A stretch of DNA of 20,031 bases from Abditibacteriaceae bacterium (GTDB lineage: Bacteria; Armatimonadota; Abditibacteriia; Abditibacteriales; Abditibacteriaceae), in the NCBI GenBank assembly GCA_031425655.1, contig JANPJS010000264.1, positions 1-20,031 of the forward strand. Direction: 5' to 3'. The stretch's first letter is position 1. Each line of letters opens with the position of its first letter. Below, piece after piece: positions 6,627 through 13,815 of this stretch. The translations under genes were made by a program, and so were the position numbers. The notes below the pieces were generated by a model. The model was not told the origin of the DNA, did no database searches, and saw nothing but the letters and a program-made list of their open reading frames with translations.

Positions 6627-9215
6627 TTAGCGCACAGTGTCCGAGACCAGCGTGGCGGCTGGAGTCGCGGCTGTGGCAGCGACAGCCGGTTTTGTCATGC
6701 GTTGCAGCGTAACGGAGCCAAAAACGATGTCCTGCTTGGCGCCAAAAGTGTTGATAAGCAAATCGAATCCGCCGCGATTAGAAAACGAGGCGTTGGGCAA
6801 ATGGAAGGTGTAAGTCATCCAGCCGGTGCCGACTTCGAGGTCTTTCCACTCGGTTCGTTTGGCGCCGTCCGCCGCGTCGTATTCCAGACAAAAACCTGCC
6901 GTCGCCGGGCTGAGAGGGTCGCCGAGCGGCGCGGCGCGATGCACTTCGACGGTCACGCGCACCGGAACACTGCGCTCGAAGAAAAGATAGTTATCATCAA
7001 TATCGAGGTAAATGAACGGCTTTCCCGCAGCGGGATTCCACACGTTGCGCGAAAACTCCGTCTTCAAGCCATTTTTGCCGTCAAGATTGACCGTGTCGCG
7101 CGCCACACCGCGAAAAGTAGCGAATTTACGCCACGAAATGCCTTCTTCGCCCGTCGTGCCGGGCGTTACAAACTCGGCGCGCACTTCGTCGCCGACGGGT
7201 TTTGGCAGCGCGGCGCGTTGCACCAGCAGTGTTTTGGCTTCGGGCGCCTTATTTTCCTGAGCCTGCCGCGCCAGTTTTTCGGCTTCGAAGCCGACATTGG
7301 TGATCCAAACCGGGCGACCGCTGATGGCAAAAGTGCCTTCGGAGCCGAAAACTTCCTTGCCCGTGCTGTCGAGAACGCGCGTGTCAGGCAGCGAGGCCAC
7401 GAAAAGCGAGTCGGGCAATTTCGGGTCGAGTCCGGCGAGGTTAAGCGCCAATGTCAACTTGCCGTTCAGCGGCCAAACCGCAATGTTGGCCGTTTTGCCG
7501 TCGCTGAAAACCAGAGCGACAGCGTCCGGCCCCAGTTTTAGCGGGCCGAGATAGCTTTGCCCGGAAAGCAGCTTGGAGGTCGTAGCAAAAGCATCGAAAG
7601 CTGGGCGTGTGCTGCCGTCGCGGCGCACTAAACCGCTGCCCAGCGCGGGATTTATCGGTTGAATGTTTTCGTAAGAGTTGGGATCGCGCAGCGAGTCCCA
7701 CACCACTTTGCCGCTGCCGCTGGCCAAAGCCAAAACAGCGGTGCGCATCAGATAATCGGCCTGCGCTTGGGGCGTGAAAGTTTGCGTCAAACGCTCGATG
7801 GTTTCGGCATCGGTGGCTTGTGAAAGCGGGCCGGCTTCGGCTGCCGGCTGGCCTGTGATGGTCGCGCCTTCAACCACGGGACGCGAAAAGCCGCCGACCC
7901 AGAAATCGCGTGTGTCGGGGCCAAGAGGCATCAAGCGCGAACGCAGCGTGGCGACCGGCAAAAGAAAATCTTCGGGCGCCGCAGCCACGCCGGGCTGCCA
8001 TTGCGAGGTCGGATAAAGCGCCACGCCGCTGACGCGCGCCGTCAGGCCATTGCGCTTCAGACTGTCAATGAAATCGAGATTGACGCCGCCCGGTTCTGCG
8101 GCGAAAATGACGGCTTTGGGGTCGGAAAGCAGCGCCGAATCCACACCGGCGCGCACTACAAGGCGGTAATTGCGCTCCGACGAGCGGAATTTAGCCGGCG
8201 CGGGGTTTTCCCACACTTGCCACGCCTGCACGTCCTGACTATAACGCCCAACGGTGCGGCGCACATAGTTTTGCCACGCAGGAAGCTCTTGTTGGCGCGG
8301 CGGCGCGTTGCGCCACGAAAAGGGATCGGGCAACGCCGAAAATATCGAGGCCCATTGCGTGCAATTTCCCAACACGCCGACCACGCCCAAATTGCGCTCG
8401 CGCGCCTCGCGCACCACGCGATCATAAAGCGGCCATTGAAAAGGTGAGCCTTTAGTCGGTTCGAGGGTGTTCCAATCGAAGCGCACTTTAATGAAGCCGG
8501 CACCGGCTTTTTTTGCGGCGTCCAACAACATCGTGACTTCATCGTTTGTTGCGTCGCTGAAATCAACGGCCACGCCGAACGATCCCATGCGCGCAAGGGC
8601 CGCGCGATGCTCCGTCGTTGCCAGTGCAGCGCCTCCGCTGGAAATCACGACGGTGCGCGTCGGCGGCTGCCATTCGACGTGATAGCCGAAAATCTCCGCT
8701 AAAGAACGCATCGGCACGAACGCGCGGGCGCCGATTTCGACGGGCGCGGCGGTTAATTTAATCGCCTGCAAATCGGCGATGGCGCTGTCCTCACCCAAAC
8801 GCAAAGTGACTTTTTTGCCGCCTTGCGTGATGTCAATGCGCCGCTCGGCAGCCACATATTGCACAGCGGCGCCTAATTTTTCTAAAACGCCGCGCAAAGG
8901 CACCAAAACCGAGCCTTTTTGCAGCACCGGCGCCGGATCGGATTCAACCGTGCGCCCATTGATGTTGATAACAATCGCGCCCGACGCCGAGAGCGCGGCA
9001 TCCACACGCGCAACGCCATTTTCATCGAGGATGACTTCAGACGGTGTGACATCGGATGGCGTGGGCGCCGGCACGGCTGCCGGCGTTTTTTTGCGAAGCG
9101 GCTTTTTTTTGCGCGTTGCGGCGGTGGCCGGAAGCGCCAAAAAACAGGGAAGTAAGGCAAGGCCAATCAACAAACGACGCGAAGAATGCGATAAAGGAAA
9201 CAGCGGCAAAGTCAC
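6627..9215 (-). CDS. Secreted protein with copper amine oxidase N-terminal (stalk) domain and GH-A clan (GH39/GH5-like) TIM barrel
   Basis: Signal peptide, then ININGRTV...VLVPLRGVLEKLGAAV...AFVPMRSLAEIFGYHVEW (Cu_amine_oxidN1-like). RFDWNTLEP..G..FQWPLYDRVV, WQNYVRRTVGRY, AWQVWENP and QAQADYL are typical of GH39/GH5-like barrels. AGGAG lies 9 nt before the GTG. Confidence 0.8.
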   Translation of the reverse strand: MTLPLFPLSHSSRRLLIGLALLPCFLALPATAATRKKKPLRKKTPAAVPAPTPSDVTPSEVILDENGVARVDAALSASGAIVININGRTVESDPAPVLQKGSVLVPLRGVLEKLGAAVQYVAAERRIDITQGGKKVTLRLGEDSAIADLQAIKLTAAPVEIGARAFVPMRSLAEIFGYHVEWQPPTRTVVISSGGAALATTEHRAALARMGSFGVAVDFSDATNDEVTMLLDAAKKAGAGFIKVRFDWNTLEPTKGSPFQWPLYDRVVREARERNLGVVGVLGNCTQWASIFSALPDPFSWRNAPPRQQELPAWQNYVRRTVGRYSQDVQAWQVWENPAPAKFRSSERNYRLVVRAGVDSALLSDPKAVIFAAEPGGVNLDFIDSLKRNGLTARVSGVALYPTSQWQPGVAAAPEDFLLPVATLRSRLMPLGPDTRDFWVGGFSRPVVEGATITGQPAAEAGPLSQATDAETIERLTQTFTPQAQADYLMRTAVLALASGSGKVVWDSLRDPNSYENIQPINPALGSGLVRRDGSTRPAFDAFATTSKLLSGQSYLGPLKLGPDAVALVFSDGKTANIAVWPLNGKLTLALNLAGLDPKLPDSLFVASLPDTRVLDSTGKEVFGSEGTFAISGRPVWITNVGFEAEKLARQAQENKAPEAKTLLVQRAALPKPVGDEVRAEFVTPGTTGEEGISWRKFATFRGVARDTVNLDGKNGLKTEFSRNVWNPAAGKPFIYLDIDDNYLFFERSVPVRVTVEVHRAAPLGDPLSPATAGFCLEYDAADGAKRTEWKDLEVGTGWMTYTFHLPNASFSNRGGFDLLINTFGAKQDIVFGSVTLQRMTKPAVAATAATPAATLVSDTVR

Positions 9216-9251
9216 GGGGAAGAACTCCTATCAAGAATCTCGGTTACCTAA

Positions 9252-9446
9252 CCCAAGTTGCTACCTATTAGCCCGGCGAATAAATTCGCGGCTCAAGGCG
9301 CCAAAGGCGCCGATTGTCACCGACCCGCAAGCGGGTGCCCCGGCGCGGACACCAAACCGTCGGCGTAGGCCGATGCGACCCAGAGGGTGCCCCGGCCGCA
9401 GGCTTTGAGCCGCGATTTCAATCGCAGGGTATGGTAGCAACTTGGG
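9252..9446. mobile_element. 195-bp MITE-like element 2 with 14-bp terminal inverted repeats and 8-bp flanking direct repeat
   Basis: CCCAAGTTGCTACC (9252-9265) / GGTAGCAACTTGGG (9433-9446), flanked by TTACCTAA at 9244-9251 and 9447-9454. Contains an internal inverted REP-like pair and has no credible coding capacity. Confidence 0.78.
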
Positions 9447-9569
9447 TTACCTAATCACTTCAGAGGAACGATCTGCGAAAAATCGTCAAAAATCGTTCGC
9501 AGAAACAGTGAAACAAGGGCAATTTCGACGCTGAGATCGCGCTTCAGTTTAACAGTAAATTGTGTCGCC

Positions 9570-9615
9570 AAAATAAAAGCGGAGCTTTCCGTAGAAAGCT
9601 CCGCTTTTATTTTTT
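9570..9615 (-). terminator. Rho-independent terminator (potentially bidirectional) after the small secreted protein
   Basis: AAAATAAAAGCGGAGCTTTC-CGTA-GAAAGCTCCGCTTTTATTTT perfect hairpin immediately after the stop at 9624. Confidence 0.88.
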
Positions 9616-9623
9616 GAGAACGC

Positions 9624-9857
9624 TTACTGCGCGTTCCTGACGAGTTCCTCAGCTTCTTGGCGGGACAGCCAGCGACCTTCCGCCAGAAAGATACGATAGC
9701 GAACGTAGCCCGGAATGGACATATAGTTTCCCGAAGCGGCAAAAGCTACAACGCCATCCAACGGCACTCCGCCCGCCGATTTCGCCTGTGCCGGCCCTGC
9801 CAGCGTTCCGAAAACAGCGGCGGCGGCCAACGTCAAAGTTACGATTAATTTGCGCAT
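9624..9857 (-). CDS. Small secreted hypothetical protein (77 aa)
   Basis: Strong RBS GAGGAGGTG well spaced for ATG 9857 (alternative 9863). Sec signal peptide MRKLIVTLTLAAAAVFGTLAGPAQA. Has its own terminator. Confidence 0.82.
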   Translation of the reverse strand: MRKLIVTLTLAAAAVFGTLAGPAQAKSAGGVPLDGVVAFAASGNYMSIPGYVRYRIFLAEGRWLSRQEAEELVRNAQ

Positions 9858-9985
9858 CCTCATTCACCTCCTCGTGTTTACAGTGGTGAACTTCAAAATG
9901 AAACATCACACGGCTCAAGACGCCTTTTACCCTAACACGTCTGCCGGTGCGTGCCAACCGCCAGTGGTGTGTTGCGCCCCGGTTT

Positions 9986-10002
9986 TGCAAACCGCGTGCC
10001 GC
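9986..10002 (-). promoter_or_regulatory. Putative sigma54 (-24/-12) promoter
   Basis: Minus strand GCGGCACGCGGTTTGCA gives GG-N10-GC and matches YTGGCACG-N4-TTGCW apart from the first two bases. About 130 nt upstream of the small gene. Confidence 0.5.
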
Positions 10003-10010
10003 CTTTCAGA

Positions 10011-10112
10011 AGGGATGAAGGCGGAAGGATGAAGGATGAAATGGCGCTTCGCGCCGGAAAATCTGGCGTTGCAGACATTGTTTTCATCCTTCATCCTTCC
10101 GCCCTCATCCCT
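10011..10112. repeat. Inverted heptamer-repeat arms (GGATGAA / TTCATCC)
   Basis: AGGGATGAAGGCGGAAGGATGAAGGATGAAA (10011-10041) and its near-perfect complement (10082-10112). The right arm overlaps the stop codon at 10105. Confidence 0.85.
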
Positions 10113-10875
10113 CAAAGGACACGTCGCACATTTCGTAAGCCTGCTTCAGCGCCGCGAAAGCATCGCCTTTGGGGCCGAATTCGTGGCCGAGCCAGCCGTT
10201 GTAGCCGGTTTCGTGAATCGCTTTGGCGACGGCGGGATAGTAAATCTCCTGCTCGAAATCCAAGTCCTTGCGGCCTGGATTGCCCGCCGTGTGAAAATGC
10301 CCGATGTGGTCAATGTAATCACGAATGTTGCGAATTAAATCGCCTTCCATGATTTGCATATGATAAATGTCGTAAAGCAATTTCACGCGCGGCGAATTGA
10401 CCGCTTCAACGACTTTCACGCCCCAAACCGTGTGGTCGCATTGATAATCGGCGTGATCCACTTTTGAATTGAGCAGTTCCATAACCAGCGTGATTCCGGC
10501 TTTTTCGGCGTCCGCAGCCACGATTTTCAAGCCTTCGATGGTGATTTCGGCGCCTTCTTCATCGCTCAAACCGTTGCGGTTGCCGCTGAAAACAATCAGA
10601 TTCGGAATGCCGAATTCGTGCGCGACTTGGAAGTTGGCGCGCAATTCGTCGGCGATGCGCTGATGGTTTTCACGCTTGTTCAGGCCGTCTTGCAGCGATT
10701 TATGGCCGCCGATGCTCACGATGGTCATTCCGGCATCGCGCAGCATCTCGAATTTATCGCGCGGCGGCATTTCGACGCCGTGAAATCCCAGCGCCTTGAT
10801 TTTGTCGAGCGCGCCGTCTTCGTCGAGCACTTTGGAAATCGGCCACCACGTCGCGCATTGCTTAAAACTGGACAT
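10105..10875 (-). CDS. Hydroxypyruvate isomerase-family TIM-barrel protein
   Basis: GFHGVE, LIVFSGNR, LVMELLNSKVDHADY, KLLYDIYHMQIMEGDL, HFHTAGNPGR, EIYYP, GWLGHEF. Confidence 0.9.
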   Translation of the reverse strand: MSSFKQCATWWPISKVLDEDGALDKIKALGFHGVEMPPRDKFEMLRDAGMTIVSIGGHKSLQDGLNKRENHQRIADELRANFQVAHEFGIPNLIVFSGNRNGLSDEEGAEITIEGLKIVAADAEKAGITLVMELLNSKVDHADYQCDHTVWGVKVVEAVNSPRVKLLYDIYHMQIMEGDLIRNIRDYIDHIGHFHTAGNPGRKDLDFEQEIYYPAVAKAIHETGYNGWLGHEFGPKGDAFAALKQAYEMCDVSFEG

Positions 10876-10887
10876 AAATTCCTTTTG

Positions 10888-10962
10888 AATTGACGATTTA
10901 CGATTGTTGATTGACGATTAGAATTTGCTCAATCGTCAATCAACAATCGTAAATCGTCAATT
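10888..10962. repeat. Perfect 32-bp inverted repeat built from heptamers (TTGACGA / TCGTCAA type)
   Basis: AATTGACGATTTACGATTGTTGATTGACGATT (10888-10919), an 11-nt loop, then the exact reverse complement (10931-10962). Confidence 0.9.
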
Positions 10963-10965
10963 GGT

Positions 10966-11973
10966 TCACTGTTCGGCTTTATCGAAAGCGGAGTCGAAAG
11001 CGCGTTCGGACGGCTTGAAATCGGCGTTTTTGGTAAACGCGGCGGCTTCTTTGGCGCCGTGGAAGCGATCCATGCCGGAATCTTCCCATTCAATCGAAAG
11101 CGGGCCGTCGTAATTGATGTTGTTCAGCGCGCGGATGATTTCCTCGAAGTTGATTTTGCCGTGTCCGAGTGAGCGAAAATCCCAGTAGCGACGGTAATCG
11201 CCGAAGTTCAGGTGCCCGCCGAAAACGCCGCTGCGCTGCGGCGTGCTGCTCCAATAAACGTCTTTCATGTGAACGTGATAAATGCGGTCTTTGAACTCAC
11301 GAATGAAGTCCACGTAAGCGACGTGCTGATAGCCGAAATGCGACGGGTCGTAGTTGAAACCGAAGGCTTCGCGGTGTCCGATGGCTTCTAAAGCACGCTC
11401 GGCACTTACGATATCGAAGGCGATTTCCGTCGGATGCACTTCTAAGGCGAACTTGACGCCGACTTCATCGAAGACATCAAGAATCGGATTCCATGCGGCT
11501 GCGAAATCCTCGAAGCCTTTATCAATCCAAGCGGGCGGAACGGGCGGGAACGAATACAAATACGACCAGATAGACGAGCCGGTGAAGCCGTTGACGACTT
11601 TCACGCCCAAATTGGCGGCGGCGCGCGCCGTGGCTTTCATTTCGTCGGCGGCGCGTTGATTAACACCCGCTGCGTCTCCGTCGCCCCAAACGTGCGGCGG
11701 CAAAATGGACTGGTGACGCTCGTCAATTTTGTCGCAAACCGCCTGGCCCGCGAGGTGATTGGAAATCGCAAACAATTGCAGGCCATTGTCCGACAGAATT
11801 TTCTTTTGCGCGTCGCAGTAAGAAGTGTCGGCGGCGGCTTTCTGAACGTCGAGGTGGTCGCCCCAGCAGGCCAGTTCGAGGCCGTCAAAGCCCATTTCTT
11901 TCGCGCGCGGCGCCAATTCGGCCAGCGGCAGATCGGCCCACTGGCCGGTAAACAATGTTACAGGTCTTGCCAT
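10966..11973 (-). CDS. Sugar phosphate isomerase/epimerase (xylose isomerase-like TIM barrel, IolE-related)
   Basis: [68 protein letters not shown] upstream. Confidence 0.9.
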   Translation of the reverse strand: MARPVTLFTGQWADLPLAELAPRAKEMGFDGLELACWGDHLDVQKAAADTSYCDAQKKILSDNGLQLFAISNHLAGQAVCDKIDERHQSILPPHVWGDGDAAGVNQRAADEMKATARAAANLGVKVVNGFTGSSIWSYLYSFPPVPPAWIDKGFEDFAAAWNPILDVFDEVGVKFALEVHPTEIAFDIVSAERALEAIGHREAFGFNYDPSHFGYQHVAYVDFIREFKDRIYHVHMKDVYWSSTPQRSGVFGGHLNFGDYRRYWDFRSLGHGKINFEEIIRALNNINYDGPLSIEWEDSGMDRFHGAKEAAAFTKNADFKPSERAFDSAFDKAEQ

Positions 11974-12087
11974 AAAAAGTTTTGCTCCTTGGGAGAATAT
12001 CCTCCCGAATTATGGCAAAAAAACCTTGCCGCAAAAAGCGCCGCGCCCGGCAATTTTCGCTCCGAACGGTTTCTTTTGCCCAAATGC

Positions 12088-12117
12088 TTGCCCCACGGCG
12101 CGCGGGCGTGATAAAAT
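12088..12117 (+). promoter_or_regulatory. Putative sigma70-type promoter of the NlpC/P60 gene
   Basis: TTGCCC-N18-TAAAAT with extended -10 (TGA-TAAAAT) in the divergent intergenic region. Confidence 0.45.
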
Positions 12118-12203
12118 TTCCGGCAATGTCCCCGGCGAATCCGAAATTTTAGCATCGGCCTGACCAAGCAGATTCACAGCCGTTTTCCAGTTGAGGTGCA
12201 TCT

Positions 12204-13691
12204 ATGTCTTTTAAGCGCACGTTGACCAGAGGAGCCATCGCCGCATTCGTGGCCGTCGCTTCCCCTTCGCTTCCCGCACAGGCCGATGTTTATCACGCCG
12301 TCGAGCCGGGCGACACCTTAAACAGCGTTGCCAGCCAATATCGCCTGACACCCGAAGCTATTCGTCTGGCCAACCGCCTGAACGACACCCGCGACAGCGC
12401 GCCGCTTCCGACTATGCTGCTGCTCATTCCCGATGGCAGTAGCGCAGTCAACAAAGATTTGTCCTCCTTCGTGACAACTCCGACCATTGTTGCCAGCGCC
12501 ACGACGGTCAACGCGCCGACCGGCAAAACCAACGAAACGCCGCGACGCACCCTCAGCGGCACGTCGGGCAGCGGCACCATCGTGCAGATGACTTCTTACG
12601 TGGTGAAGCAGGGCGACACGCTGGAAAGCATCGCCAAACAGTTCAGCAAGCCCGGCCAAACGGTCACGGCAACAGATATTCGCCGCCGCAATTACATCAG
12701 CAGTGAACCGGCGCCGGGCACCATGCTGCTCGTGCCGGTTTCCAACGCCACGTTCAACGGTTCCGTCGCGGCCATTTCCGCCGTAGCGTCACCCGTTCCT
12801 TCGCCCGAACGCAACTCCCTCGCGCCACGCTTGGACGAAAATGAGATCGCAACCGTCCTGCCGCGTGCGACTTCGGGTTACCAGGCGCCCAACGCGACTT
12901 TCGCCACCGTCACGCCGCGCCGAGGCTCCAATTTGGCTTCGCGCGGCATGGGTTCCGAAGAAGTGCGCGTGGTGCAGCCCGGACAGGAAACTAATGGCGT
13001 AGAAACGTCGCCCGGCCCGCGCGCCCGCGTGATGCAAATGACCTCGAAGCCTGCGCCGGCGGCTTTGGCCAGCGTGGCGCAAGTCGCGCGCACCGGCGGC
13101 ACCATCCGCCGCCTGCCCGATGCCGAAGCGGTAAACCTTTATCGCTGCCCGGTTGGGATGGAATTGGCCGTCATCAAGCAAAGCGGCGCGTGGTCGGCCA
13201 TTCTGATGAGCGACCATTCGACCGGCTGGATTCCCACCAAATACATCAAACTGACCGGCGTTCAAGTGGATATTTCCACGCAAGTCATCACGCAGGATTC
13301 TTATCAGGGCACCGCCAGCGGCAACTTCAATAGCAGCCAACCGGCGGTGGCCAGCGCTTTGAGATGGCTGGGCACGCCTTACGTTTACGGCGGCACCGGG
13401 CGGCGCGGCATTGACTGCTCATCGCTTGTGCAACAGGCTTTCGCAAACTGTGGCGTTCGCTTGCCACGCACTGCCGCGCAGCAGGCCAGAGTCGGCACGC
13501 CGGTTGATGCCACGCAGCTCCAGCCCGGCGACCGCTTGTATTTTTCGGCCAGCGGCACGCGCGTTGACCATACCGGCCTTTATATGGGCAGCGGCTTGTT
13601 CGTTCATGCCAGCGGGCGGGGCCGTCAGGTTATGGTTTCCAAACTTACCGACCGTGCGCACTGGAACATCTTCTACGGAGCGCGACGCTGA
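12204..13691 (+). CDS. LysM(x2)-SH3-NlpC/P60 peptidoglycan endopeptidase
   Basis: Signal peptide (AQA). LysM motifs HAVEPGDTLNSVA and YVVKQGDTLESIA. SH3b-like segment ending TGWIP. NlpC/P60 LGTPYVYGG..IDCSSLV..PGD..HTGLY..FVHAS with Cys/His/His intact. GAGGTG RBS. Confidence 0.93.
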   Translation: MSFKRTLTRGAIAAFVAVASPSLPAQADVYHAVEPGDTLNSVASQYRLTPEAIRLANRLNDTRDSAPLPTMLLLIPDGSSAVNKDLSSFVTTPTIVASATTVNAPTGKTNETPRRTLSGTSGSGTIVQMTSYVVKQGDTLESIAKQFSKPGQTVTATDIRRRNYISSEPAPGTMLLVPVSNATFNGSVAAISAVASPVPSPERNSLAPRLDENEIATVLPRATSGYQAPNATFATVTPRRGSNLASRGMGSEEVRVVQPGQETNGVETSPGPRARVMQMTSKPAPAALASVAQVARTGGTIRRLPDAEAVNLYRCPVGMELAVIKQSGAWSAILMSDHSTGWIPTKYIKLTGVQVDISTQVITQDSYQGTASGNFNSSQPAVASALRWLGTPYVYGGTGRRGIDCSSLVQQAFANCGVRLPRTAAQQARVGTPVDATQLQPGDRLYFSASGTRVDHTGLYMGSGLFVHASGRGRQVMVSKLTDRAHWNIFYGARR

Positions 13692-13729
13692 GGGAAGAAG
13701 ACAGAATTCAGAAGACAGTAGGCACAATG

Positions 13730-13768
13730 CAAAAGCCCGGCAGCATATGCTGCCGGGCTTTTGTTTTT
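13730..13768 (+). terminator. Rho-independent terminator between convergent genes
   Basis: CAAAAGCCCGGCAGCA-TA-TGCTGCCGGGCTTTTG followed by TTTTT. Confidence 0.88.
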
Positions 13769-13815
13769 GCCAAAACTAAATTGCCATATGTTGATCCCGT
13801 GCAGGCAGAACTCGC

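Noticed and set aside
6451..6630. Target-site duplication around element 1
   Set aside because: The flanks TCAGCCTTAA and TTGACCTTAG match at only 6 of 10 positions, which is not enough to call.
6621..7541. 306-aa plus-strand ORF
   Set aside because: Lies almost entirely antisense to the 862-aa gene with no recognisable motifs. Such ORFs are expected in GC-rich DNA.
9252..9446. CRISPR array or structured RNA gene interpretation of the repeats
   Set aside because: No regularly spaced direct repeats with unique spacers, no cas genes, and no tRNA, SRP, tmRNA or 6S signature recognised.
9930..10002. c-di-GMP-I riboswitch look-alike (GGCACG-stem-GGGCGCAAC on the minus strand)
   Set aside because: Lacks GGCAAA, a proper GNRA loop and the tetraloop-receptor stem. 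The sigma54 reading fits better. A cmscan search would settle it.
9927..11113. Short ORFs 9927-10115, 9951-10352 and 10925-11113
   Set aside because: Translations of the heptamer repeats or antisense shadows of real genes.
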